NCBI GenBank assembly: GCA_964484505.1
Contig: CAZAFB010000004.1
Span: 23,265-87,264, forward strand
Direction: 5' to 3'
DNA: 64,000 nucleotides
Source of the DNA: an uncultured Bdellovibrionales bacterium
Lineage (GTDB): Bacteria; Patescibacteriota; Minisyncoccia; Moranbacterales; GWC2-37-73
Translations under genes and position numbers: made by a program
The notes under the pieces: generated by a model
What the model saw: only the letters and a program-made list of their open reading frames with translations
Told to the model about the DNA's origin: nothing
Database searches by the model: none
In this document: positions 9,614 through 18,754 of the stretch, piece after piece
Position numbering within the stretch: the first letter of the stretch is position 1
Layout of the letters: each line of letters starts with the position of its first letter

Positions 9614-10323
9614 TGTATAAGATAAGACTGGAACAATTTGAAGGACCGCTTGATTTGCTTTTACAGTTGATTGAAAACGAGAAATTGGATATCACTCGCG
9701 TTTCCTTGGCGCAGGTAACGGATCAATATTTGGAATATATTGATCAGGCGCATGATGTGTCTTTGGCGCATATGGCCGATTTTTTGACAGTTGCTTCGCG
9801 TTTAATTCTGATCAAATCCAAGGCTCTTTTGCCACTTTTGGAATTCACGGAAGAAGAGGAGCAGGAAATACGCGACCTTGAATATTCCTTGGCGCAGTAT
9901 AAGAAATATAAAGAAGCGGCACTTGTCTTGGGCGAGATGTTTTTGAAAGCGATCGGCTTGGTGACTCGTCCGGAGGCCAAATTGGTAAAACCCGTGTTTT
10001 GTCCGCCGGAAGATATCACAGCGGCTGATTTGGAAGCATCATTTTTGCATGTGATTGATGAAATTCCCCAAGCTGAAAAGCTGGAAGAAGAAGCGATTCG
10101 CGAGGTGATTACTTTGGAAGAAAAAATTACGCACCTGCAAGATACTTTGCGCGAAAAAGTACAGGCGTCGTTTGCGGAATTGGTGGCGCACGCGACTGAC
10201 AAAGTTGAAATAGTAGTTTCTTTTTTGGCGATGCTGGAGTTGGTGAAACAAAAACTTATTCATGTGGAGCAAGGTGAACTTTTTTCCGAAATAAAACTCA
10301 AGCATCATGAAAGCACAAAATAA
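9607..10323 (+). CDS. scpA: segregation and condensation protein A
   Basis: N-terminal FEGPLDLLLQLIENEKLDITRVSLAQVTDQYLEY signature. Confidence 0.8.
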   Translation: MLMYKIRLEQFEGPLDLLLQLIENEKLDITRVSLAQVTDQYLEYIDQAHDVSLAHMADFLTVASRLILIKSKALLPLLEFTEEEEQEIRDLEYSLAQYKKYKEAALVLGEMFLKAIGLVTRPEAKLVKPVFCPPEDITAADLEASFLHVIDEIPQAEKLEEEAIREVITLEEKITHLQDTLREKVQASFAELVAHATDKVEIVVSFLAMLELVKQKLIHVEQGELFSEIKLKHHESTK

Positions 10324-10367
10324 TTGCAGTTAAAAACAAGTATAAATTAGTAATTCATGAATCATAT

Positions 10368-10946
10368 ATGGAGAAGGAAAAGCTAAAATCAATCATCGAA
10401 AGTCTGCTTTTTGCCAGTGGAGATCCGGTTTTAATTGGAAAATTGGCCAAGATTGCGGGCGTAAAAAACGAAGAAGTCGCGGCTGTTTTGGATGCCTTGG
10501 TTGAAAAATATGCCAAACCGGAAAGCGGTCTTGTCTTGCTTCGTCACGGCGAAAAAGCCCAATTGGCTACCAGAGCTGATAATTCCGAATTCATTGAACA
10601 ACTAAGGACGGTAGAACTTTCCGAAACGCTTTCGCCGGCGGCTCTGGAAGTACTTTCCATTGTTGCTTATCGCGGACCGATTTCTAAGTCGGAAATCGAA
10701 GCGATTCGCGGAGTGAATTGCAGTTATACTGTGCGAAACTTGTTACTCAGAGGTCTGATTGAGCGCAATGATAATCCGCATGACGCGCGTGGATATATAT
10801 ATTCAATCACCTTTGATTTTCTCAAAAAATTGGGGGTGGAGAAAGTAGAAAAATTGCCGCAATATGGTATACTTTCCAAGGATGAGAGAATAACGGCCAT
10901 GATGGAGGAGAACTCGGAAATTGCTGATGTTGCTCAGGCAGAATAG
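10368..10946 (+). CDS. scpB: segregation and condensation protein B
   Basis: Tandem winged-helix ScpB architecture (LEVLSIVAYRGPISKSEIEAIRGV). Confidence 0.8.
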   Translation: MEKEKLKSIIESLLFASGDPVLIGKLAKIAGVKNEEVAAVLDALVEKYAKPESGLVLLRHGEKAQLATRADNSEFIEQLRTVELSETLSPAALEVLSIVAYRGPISKSEIEAIRGVNCSYTVRNLLLRGLIERNDNPHDARGYIYSITFDFLKKLGVEKVEKLPQYGILSKDERITAMMEENSEIADVAQAE

Positions 10947-10975
10947 GGCAGTAAAAAAATAAGATTTTTAGTCTA

Positions 10976-12019
10976 ATGCAATTGATTTTATCATCATTAA
11001 TGCTGCTTGTTTTCCCGCTTAATTCATTACTTTTTTTTGACGGAAGTTGGGTGCAGGGTCGGGAAATGAAACTGGAACAAGCGAGCATAGAAAAATTGGC
11101 GGAAAAAGGAAATGAAGCCGTGGCGGGAGTGACTGATCAGAAAAAAGAGCCGCCCAAAAAAGAGGAAGAAATATTCTCTCTTTCGGGGTATGTTCCCTAT
11201 CGCAAAGAAGGAGTTCCTGATCTTGTTTTACCTAATGCACATTCCTCATTAATTATTGATGCGCAATCCGGTACCATATTGCACTATTCTAATGGCAAAG
11301 AAAGAAGGCAAATTGCCTCACTCACAAAAATGATGACGGCTGTTTTGACCATGGAAAACATCAAAGATTTGAATGCGCCGGTTATTATCGGAGAGGAAGA
11401 AGTCTATATTGAAGGCACAAAGATAGGTTGCCCGCGTAGCGGTTATTGCATCAGTCAAAGACTAAAGGTTGGCGAGAAGATATCAGCGGAAAATTTGCTC
11501 AAGGCGATGCTTATGAATAGCGCCAATGATGCGGCATTGGCTTTGGGAAAGCACATGGGCGGAGGTAGTGAAGAAAAATTTGTTGACATGATGAATGAAA
11601 AAGCCAGGAATCTAGGTCTTAGCGATACTCATTTTTGCACTCCTTCCGGTTTGGAAATAGATGGCCGAGAATCGGAATGCTACTCTTCCGCATATGATAT
11701 AGCGCGTATTGCCGCCTATGCTCTGCGCTATGACCATATTTGGAAAATTTTTCGCCTGCCAAGCAATACGGAAGTCACATCTTCGGACGGCACATTGACG
11801 CATACTATTTTAAATACGGATCTCATTTTGGATCAGGTGCCAAACTGTTTGGGAGGAAAAACCGGTTTTACGCCGCTTGCCGGACATTCTTTGCTTATGG
11901 CAGCAACCGATCCGGAAAAGAAACACACTATTGTGGCGGTACTTCTGGATGACCCTTATCGCTGGCAGGATATCAGAACTATGATTGATTGGTCATTTAA
12001 GTCATATGATTGGCGATAA
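10976..12019 (+). CDS. D-alanyl-D-alanine carboxypeptidase (PBP5/DacA-like serine peptidase)
   Basis: SxxK (SLTK), SxN (SAND), KTG motifs; N-terminal hydrophobic segment. Confidence 0.75.
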   Translation: MQLILSSLMLLVFPLNSLLFFDGSWVQGREMKLEQASIEKLAEKGNEAVAGVTDQKKEPPKKEEEIFSLSGYVPYRKEGVPDLVLPNAHSSLIIDAQSGTILHYSNGKERRQIASLTKMMTAVLTMENIKDLNAPVIIGEEEVYIEGTKIGCPRSGYCISQRLKVGEKISAENLLKAMLMNSANDAALALGKHMGGGSEEKFVDMMNEKARNLGLSDTHFCTPSGLEIDGRESECYSSAYDIARIAAYALRYDHIWKIFRLPSNTEVTSSDGTLTHTILNTDLILDQVPNCLGGKTGFTPLAGHSLLMAATDPEKKHTIVAVLLDDPYRWQDIRTMIDWSFKSYDWR

Positions 12020-12115
12020 AATAGCGAATAATCACGAATAAAAAAGCTCGCAAATTGACACGAATTAATTAGTGAATATCAGTGATAAATTAGTGTTGAT
12101 TAGCGATTTAATTAA
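12020..12115 (+). repeat. intergenic phased-repeat element (CGAAT-type array plus TTAG(N)GAT-type array)
   Basis: Same two-module element as in the ribosomal cluster, ending at the mraY ATG. Confidence 0.6.
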
Positions 12116-13216
12116 ATGCAATTTGCTCAAATCCAAACAATCCCAGAAGTAGTTAATGTGCTAAAGGTGCTGGTCACCGGTGTGTTGGCTTTTGGCTTGG
12201 CTTTTGCGCTGACGCCGATCTGGACGCATTTTCTCTACAAATATAAAATAGGCATCAAGATAAAATCTTGTGATGTTACCGGAAAAAAACTTTCCTTCGT
12301 CAGCAAACTGCACTCGCATAAAGCCGGTACTCCTACCATGGGAGGTGTTATTGTCTGGGCGAGTGTGCTTATTTTGGTATATGGTATCCACTATGTTTTT
12401 CCTTATTTGGCGTCGCTTTTTGATATTAATTTTTTGGCGCGCTTGGATTTTCTCAAACGCTCACAGGTTTGGTTGCCGCTTTTTGTGTTGGTGACCGCAG
12501 GCATCCTTGGACTTTTCGATGATGTGATGAGCGTTCGTGGTTGGGGCAAAAACAAAGGTGGTGGGATGCGTTTCGCTATGCGTTTTTGGTGGCTTTTTGC
12601 TATAGCCGCCGCCGGTTCTTGGTGGTTTTACTATAAACTGGGATGGGATATGTTCCATATTCCGGGAATCGGAGATTTCTCGATCGGACTTTGGTATATT
12701 CCTCTTTTCATCTTCATCATTCTTTTTGCGGCTGTTTCCTCCAACGAGACAGATGGTTTGGATGGTTTGGATGGCGGAGTGTTGATGATGGCTTTTTTCT
12801 CTTTTGCGATAATTTCTTTTTTGCAAAACAAAGTGGATCTGGCTTCTTTTTGCGCAGCAGTTTCCGGCGCCTTGTTGGCGTTTCTTTGGTTTAATGTTTA
12901 TCCGGCACGCTTTTTTATGGGAGATACTGGAGCAATCTCTTTGGGAACTACTTTGGGAGTGGTTGCTATGTTAACCAATTCCGCACTGGCACTTTTTGTT
13001 ATCGTGGCCGTCTATGTTTTGGAGTCGGGAAGTGTTATAATACAATTGACCAGCAAAAAATTTTTTGGTAAGAAAGTTTTTCTTGCCGCCCCGCTGCACC
13101 ATCATTTTGAAGCGAAAGGTTGGCCGGAACCGAAAGTGGTTATGCGGGCATGGATTATCACGATGATGACATGTCTTTTGGGTGTAATTATCGGGATAAT
13201 AGGAATGGGGAAGTAG
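12116..13216 (+). CDS. mraY: phospho-N-acetylmuramoyl-pentapeptide transferase
   Basis: NETDGLDGLDGG, MGDTGA, HHHFE motifs; polytopic membrane protein. Confidence 0.85.
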   Translation: MQFAQIQTIPEVVNVLKVLVTGVLAFGLAFALTPIWTHFLYKYKIGIKIKSCDVTGKKLSFVSKLHSHKAGTPTMGGVIVWASVLILVYGIHYVFPYLASLFDINFLARLDFLKRSQVWLPLFVLVTAGILGLFDDVMSVRGWGKNKGGGMRFAMRFWWLFAIAAAGSWWFYYKLGWDMFHIPGIGDFSIGLWYIPLFIFIILFAAVSSNETDGLDGLDGGVLMMAFFSFAIISFLQNKVDLASFCAAVSGALLAFLWFNVYPARFFMGDTGAISLGTTLGVVAMLTNSALALFVIVAVYVLESGSVIIQLTSKKFFGKKVFLAAPLHHHFEAKGWPEPKVVMRAWIITMMTCLLGVIIGIIGMGK

Positions 13217-13338
13217 TCTACGAATTACGAACATATACGAAAGTACAAAAAGATTCAAAAGATGTTGCTCGGACACAAATTAGTACATTTGTAAAATTCG
13301 TAGTTCGAAGAGATTAATAAATCAAAAATCAAAAAGCT

Positions 13339-14373
13339 ATGAGGAGGATTCAGGATGTCGATGTAAAAGACAAGAGAGTTTTAGTGAGAACGGATTTTAA
13401 TGTCGAGGTCGATAATGGCATAGTCAAAGAAAAATTTAAGATAGCTGCTGCTAAGGAAACTATCGATAAGCTGATAGCGGATGGTGCGGCAAGGGTTGCA
13501 ATGATGTCGCATTTGGGGCGTCCGGAAGGAAAGCGCGATGAAAAATATTCTTTGGCGCAAATAGCTGATGATGTTGCTGATATTCTTGGCAGGAAGGTTG
13601 TTTTTTGCAGTGAATGTATCGGTGCGGCAGTAGAGAAATCTTTTGAAGGAATCGAGGAAGGCGCAGTGGTTCTTTTGGAGAACACGAGGTTTTATCCCGG
13701 AGAGGAAAGTAATGATGCCGAATTTGCAAAACAATTGGCTGCAGGTTTTGATATTTTTGTTAATGAAGCATTCAGTGTTTGTCATCGTGATCAGGCTTCA
13801 GTAACGGGAATAACCAAATTCTTGTCAAGTTATGGCGGTCTTTGGTTGCAAAAAGAAATTGAAAACCTTAATCGTGTCTTGCATGAACCTGAACATCCAG
13901 CCACGGCAATCATAGGTGGTGCCAAAATTGAGACAAAACTGCCTCTAATTAAGAGATTTGAGCAGAATTATGACCATGTTTTAGTAGGAGGTAAGGTGGC
14001 TAACGAAGCTATTGATCAGAAAATAGAATTTTCGCACAAAGTTATGTTGCCGGTAGATTTCGGCGGTGACCGTTTCGATATTGGACCGAAGACGATCAAA
14101 ATGTATAAGGAGATTGTTTCCGCTTCCAAATTGGTTGTGTGGAATGGTCCGATGGGTAGATTTGAAGAACCTCCTTATGATCAGGGTACGCGGCAAATTC
14201 TGGATATAATTTCCGATGGTGACATGTTTACGCTTACCGGTGGCGGGGAGTCGATTCAGATTTTGGAAGAGCGTGGTTTGATGGGTGCGATATCCTTTGT
14301 TTCAACTGGAGGCGGAGCAATGCTTGAATATCTCAGTGGCAACAAGATGCCTGGAATAGAAAGCTTGAAATAA
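13339..14373 (+). CDS. pgk: phosphoglycerate kinase (short form)
   Basis: RTDFNV, SHLGRP, LENTRF, STGGGA motifs. Confidence 0.85.
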   Translation: MRRIQDVDVKDKRVLVRTDFNVEVDNGIVKEKFKIAAAKETIDKLIADGAARVAMMSHLGRPEGKRDEKYSLAQIADDVADILGRKVVFCSECIGAAVEKSFEGIEEGAVVLLENTRFYPGEESNDAEFAKQLAAGFDIFVNEAFSVCHRDQASVTGITKFLSSYGGLWLQKEIENLNRVLHEPEHPATAIIGGAKIETKLPLIKRFEQNYDHVLVGGKVANEAIDQKIEFSHKVMLPVDFGGDRFDIGPKTIKMYKEIVSASKLVVWNGPMGRFEEPPYDQGTRQILDIISDGDMFTLTGGGESIQILEERGLMGAISFVSTGGGAMLEYLSGNKMPGIESLK

Positions 14374-14394
14374 AAAATTGTAAAAACAAAAAGC

Positions 14395-14973
14395 ATGAAA
14401 TCCGGACAGGCGATTTTAAACAGACATGGAAAAACGGAGCAGACGGGTTCGGTTAATTATTTTGCCAGGGCTGGTCTTTATGTTTCTCAAGCCATTTTGA
14501 TTCTTGGATCCCTGCTTGTTTTCTTTGATTATTTCGGGATGTTTTCCCAAGAAGCGCTTCTTTGGTCCTATAGGATCATTGATATATGGATAATATGCGT
14601 GGGGCTTTTGATTGTTTTTGGCTGTGTTCCCTATTTGTATTTTTCCAGCTTGGTTAAATTCAAGAAGAATGACATGTTTTGGGATGTGGAAACTTTTTGG
14701 ATCTTTATTCTTTTCATGGCCGGCATGTTTTTCCAATATGGAAGTGGCAGGGAATATGCCCTACACTTGGTTGTTTTTTCCACTGCTTCCATCATGGTGT
14801 TGCACATATATTTCATGATTATCTCTTCAAATATTCACAGCGGATCCTTGGACCGTCGGCGTGCACATGTTTATTTTGAAAGCTTGAAATATTTGATCGC
14901 TTATTATGCCATAACATTGACATTGCTGACCCTGTTTAATCCTTTTGATTCGGTATATGCCATGTTTTCATGA
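14395..14973 (+). CDS. hypothetical membrane protein
   Basis: Several hydrophobic helices. Confidence 0.4.
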   Translation: MKSGQAILNRHGKTEQTGSVNYFARAGLYVSQAILILGSLLVFFDYFGMFSQEALLWSYRIIDIWIICVGLLIVFGCVPYLYFSSLVKFKKNDMFWDVETFWIFILFMAGMFFQYGSGREYALHLVVFSTASIMVLHIYFMIISSNIHSGSLDRRRAHVYFESLKYLIAYYAITLTLLTLFNPFDSVYAMFS

Positions 14974-15013
14974 GATAAAATGATTTACTTCTAATTTTTA
15001 AACAAAAATCAAA

Positions 15014-16324
15014 ATGTCAACTATAAAGAAAATTTCAGCCAGAGAAATATTGGATTCAAGAGGAAATCCCACAGTGGAAGTTGCGGTTACTCTTTCCAGC
15101 GGAGCAACAGCAAGTGCGGCAGTGCCATCTGGTGCATCCACGGGAACATATGAAGCTCTGGAATTGCGAGATGGAGACAAAAATCGTTACGGCGGCTTGG
15201 GTGTGAAGAAGGCGGTCGAACATGTTAATACGGAAATTGCCGAGGCTCTTTTCGGTCATGACGTTGATGATCAGTTCGGCATTGACAGACTTCTTTGCTC
15301 GCTTGATGGAACGGAAAATAAGTCCAGGCTCGGAGCCAATGCTATTTTGGGCGTATCGCTTGCGGTTTGTCGAGTTGCGGCAATCGAGAAAGGAGAAGCC
15401 CTGTACAAACGCATAAATTGTTTGATGGGAAAACTGGAAAAAAAAAGCGTGACCAAAATGCGCTTGCCGATTCCTATGTTTAATGTGCTCAATGGAGGAC
15501 AACACAGTGATAGTGGTCTCAGTATTCAGGAGTTCAAAGTCGTGCCAACCGGTTTTTCCGATATTGAGGATCAAGTAAGAGCTGGAAGCGAGATTTTCCA
15601 TGCGCTTAAGAAATTATTAGCAGCTGATGGACATAGTGTGGGAGTTGGTGACGAGGGAGGATTTGCGCCAAAATTGGAAAGCAATACTCAGGCGCTGGAA
15701 TATATCAAGAAAGCGATCGAAACTGCAGGTTACGAGTTTGGCAAGCAAATTCACATTGGTATTGATGCGGCAGCAAGCTCATTCTTTGATGAGCAAGAAA
15801 ACAAATATATACTCAAGCCGGAGAATGTCATGTTGGAAAAAGAGAGGTTGATCGCTTTTTATCGCGAATGGATGGATAAATTTGCGGTGATATCCATAGA
15901 AGATGGTCTTGAAGAAAATGATTGGGATGGTTGGGCCATGATGTTGGAAAAAGTTCGTAGGTACAATATCGACGGCGTGAAATCATCAATCATGAAAGAA
16001 GCGATGGTTATAGGTGATGACTTGTTGGTGACGAATGTAAAACGTCTGCAAGAGGCGATTAAACATAAATCATGTAACAGTGTCTTGATCAAAGTTAATC
16101 AAATCGGAACGCTGACAGAGACTCTGGAATGTATTTTGCTTGCCCGTAAAAACAAGATGAAGTCTGTTATTTCGCATCGCAGCGGAGAGACGACGGATGA
16201 TTTCATTTCCGACCTTGCTGTAGGAGCGGGAGCTGAATTTATGAAATCAGGATCGCTTTCCCGCGGTGAGAGACTTTGTAAATATAACAGATTGATGGAG
16301 ATAGCGGGGGAAATGAATTGCTGA
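15014..16324 (+). CDS. eno: enolase
   Basis: ILDSRGNPTVEV and SHRSGETTD motifs. Confidence 0.9.
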   Translation: MSTIKKISAREILDSRGNPTVEVAVTLSSGATASAAVPSGASTGTYEALELRDGDKNRYGGLGVKKAVEHVNTEIAEALFGHDVDDQFGIDRLLCSLDGTENKSRLGANAILGVSLAVCRVAAIEKGEALYKRINCLMGKLEKKSVTKMRLPIPMFNVLNGGQHSDSGLSIQEFKVVPTGFSDIEDQVRAGSEIFHALKKLLAADGHSVGVGDEGGFAPKLESNTQALEYIKKAIETAGYEFGKQIHIGIDAAASSFFDEQENKYILKPENVMLEKERLIAFYREWMDKFAVISIEDGLEENDWDGWAMMLEKVRRYNIDGVKSSIMKEAMVIGDDLLVTNVKRLQEAIKHKSCNSVLIKVNQIGTLTETLECILLARKNKMKSVISHRSGETTDDFISDLAVGAGAEFMKSGSLSRGERLCKYNRLMEIAGEMNC

Positions 16325-16341
16325 ATATTGAGTGTTGAATT

Positions 16342-17370
16342 TTGAATATAGAATTTTTTATGGCCCACGTATTAGTTATCGGATCGGCATGTAAGGACAT
16401 CTTTTTCCCAACAAATGAAGGAGATATTTTTGATACGCCTCAAGACGCTACTTCTCAGCGCAAAATCGCTTTTGAGCTTGGAGCTAAATATCATATTGAA
16501 AGGAGATTTGAAACTCTGGGAGGATGTGCGGTGAATGTGGGAGTCGGTTTGGTTAAGCTCGGGCATGATGTTTGTTGTCATGCTCCCATAGGGCATGATG
16601 CTACTGGGGAATGGATCGTCAAAAATATGGCGGATTTGGGCGTTGATGTTTCTCGTGTGGTGCATGAAAGCAAGGAACAAAGTGATCTTTCAGCTATAGT
16701 TGTTGATAAGAAAAGCGGGGAGCGCACCATTTTTTCAAGTCATGGAGCTAGCAGGACGTTCAGTTTTGACGCTGGAGCAACTCATGGCGCCGATTGGCTT
16801 TTTATTGGTGATTTGAGTGGCAAATGGAAGGAAAATCTTGAAGAAATTGGGAATTGTGCCAAACGCGATGATATTAAGATAGCATTCAATCCCAGGCAAC
16901 AAATGATTCATGAAGATGCTCGCTTCGTGAAAGATATGTTGGGAATCAGTGATGTGGGGATATTAAACAAAGATGAAGCTTTGGAAATTGCCATGCGTTG
17001 CGGCAGGGCAAATGTGGATTTTGAAATTGAAGACGAAATTAGCATCTTGCGTTTTTTGCAAGAGGAGGGAGCGGAGATTTTGGTGATTACGGATGGTGTC
17101 CGTGGTGCTTGGGCCTCGGACGGAATTTCTTTTTTGCATGCGGAGGCTCTTTGTCATGATGAAGTCATTGATACTACTGGGGCTGGGGATGCTTTTGCCA
17201 GTGGTTTTTTAGGAGCGATAATCGCGGGCTTGGATATTTCAAAAGCTTTATCCTGGGGAATAGTCAACAGTAGTGAATCTTTGCGGTATTATGGTGGCCA
17301 GGAAGGCTTGCTCAATAGTGCGGAAATTGTCGAAAAAAGTTCCAAAGTTAGAATAAAAAAACTAAAATAA
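16342..17370 (+). CDS. PfkB-family carbohydrate/nucleoside kinase
   Basis: DTTGAGDAF signature. True start may be the downstream ATG (MAHVLVIG). Confidence 0.7.
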   Translation: MNIEFFMAHVLVIGSACKDIFFPTNEGDIFDTPQDATSQRKIAFELGAKYHIERRFETLGGCAVNVGVGLVKLGHDVCCHAPIGHDATGEWIVKNMADLGVDVSRVVHESKEQSDLSAIVVDKKSGERTIFSSHGASRTFSFDAGATHGADWLFIGDLSGKWKENLEEIGNCAKRDDIKIAFNPRQQMIHEDARFVKDMLGISDVGILNKDEALEIAMRCGRANVDFEIEDEISILRFLQEEGAEILVITDGVRGAWASDGISFLHAEALCHDEVIDTTGAGDAFASGFLGAIIAGLDISKALSWGIVNSSESLRYYGGQEGLLNSAEIVEKSSKVRIKKLK

Positions 17371-17386
17371 CAAAAAATAAATTATC

Positions 17387-18649
17387 ATGGGTTTGTTCTC
17401 GAAAATATTCAAGGGCGGAAAAGGGGAAGTTTTCTTAGCTCTGGACATAGGTACCGAAGTTGCCAAGGCTTTGATATTTTCCGTTGGCTCGGAAGATCGC
17501 AGCGCTACAATTTTGGGCGTTGCAAAGGAAAGACAAAAGAGGGGTAATATGCAAAGTGGCGCCGTTTCAGACATCGGAGGAGTAATTGAAACTTGTCAGA
17601 GAGCAATCGCTTCGTCGCAGGAGGCTGCCGGTGTGAAAAAAGTTAAAAAAGCCATTGTGGGTATCGCTGGAGAATTGGTTAAGGGGACAACGACCACGGT
17701 GCATTATCAGAGGACTAATCCCGAGTCTAGAATAGATTTTTCCGAATTGAAAGTGATTATAAAAAAAGTCCAGGAAAAAGCTTTTGAAAGAATCAAAGAC
17801 CAAATTTCTTGGGATACGGGACAAAGTGATATTGATATAAAGCTGATCAATGCGGCTATTGTTGATGTGCGCATAGATGGTTACCAGGTGAATAACCCGA
17901 TAGGTTTTCAGGGCAAGGACGTTTCAGTGAGCGTTTTCAATGCCTATGCCCCCATGATTCACTTGGGCGCCTTGGAAGCAATTGCCGACGAATTGCACAT
18001 AGATTTGGTCAGCATAGCTGCTGAGCCATATGCGGTAGCCAGGGCGATTGATTATGAAGATATTTTGGATTTTAGCGCCATTTTCATTGATATTGGTGGT
18101 GGAACTACCGATATAGCAGTAGTGCGTAACGGGGGGCTTGAAGGAACGAGGATGTTTGCTTTTGGTGGCAGGGCTTTTACTAAAAAATTGGCACAGGAAT
18201 TGCGTATCGGTTTTGATGAAGCGGAGGACTTGAAATTGCAATATGCCTATGGAAAATTAAGTCCGGATATCAACGATAAGATCGAACAGATACTGCAAAG
18301 CGATTGTGACGTTTGGCTAAGTGGGGTGGAATTGTCCCTGTCCGAATTTGCTCAAGCCGATGTCCTTCCTTCCAAGATATTGCTTTGCGGAGGTGGTAGT
18401 GGTTTACCTGGAATTCGCAAGGCACTTCTTTCCCCTCAGTGGTTGAAGGACCTGCCTTTTGCAAAGGTTCCCACAGTCGGCTATTTGCAACCTAAAGATG
18501 TGACCAGAGTTGTGGACACTACCGGTCAGTTGAAAAATCCTCAAGATGTGACGCCAATGGGGCTTGCCAATCTTGTTCTGGACATTTCTTCCGAGGAAAA
18601 AGTAATGGCAGGAATATTACGTCGTGTGGTACAATCAATGCAGGACTAA
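17387..18649 (+). CDS. ftsA: actin-like ATPase, cell division protein FtsA family
   Basis: DIGTE...KALI, IDIGGGTTDIAV, GGGSGLPG motifs; C-terminal amphipathic tail. No ftsZ adjacent. Confidence 0.6.
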   Translation: MGLFSKIFKGGKGEVFLALDIGTEVAKALIFSVGSEDRSATILGVAKERQKRGNMQSGAVSDIGGVIETCQRAIASSQEAAGVKKVKKAIVGIAGELVKGTTTTVHYQRTNPESRIDFSELKVIIKKVQEKAFERIKDQISWDTGQSDIDIKLINAAIVDVRIDGYQVNNPIGFQGKDVSVSVFNAYAPMIHLGALEAIADELHIDLVSIAAEPYAVARAIDYEDILDFSAIFIDIGGGTTDIAVVRNGGLEGTRMFAFGGRAFTKKLAQELRIGFDEAEDLKLQYAYGKLSPDINDKIEQILQSDCDVWLSGVELSLSEFAQADVLPSKILLCGGGSGLPGIRKALLSPQWLKDLPFAKVPTVGYLQPKDVTRVVDTTGQLKNPQDVTPMGLANLVLDISSEEKVMAGILRRVVQSMQD

Positions 18650-18754
18650 TGGTATAACTCGCGAATCAACGCGAATTATATCTCGAATAATCACGAATGA
18701 ATTCATTAGGGATAATTAGTGATAAATTAGTGTTGATTAGAGATCTATATAATT
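18650..18754 (+). repeat. intergenic phased-repeat element (CGAAT x4 then TTAGNGAT x4)
   Basis: Same two-module element as in the ribosomal cluster, ending at the downstream ATG. Confidence 0.6.
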
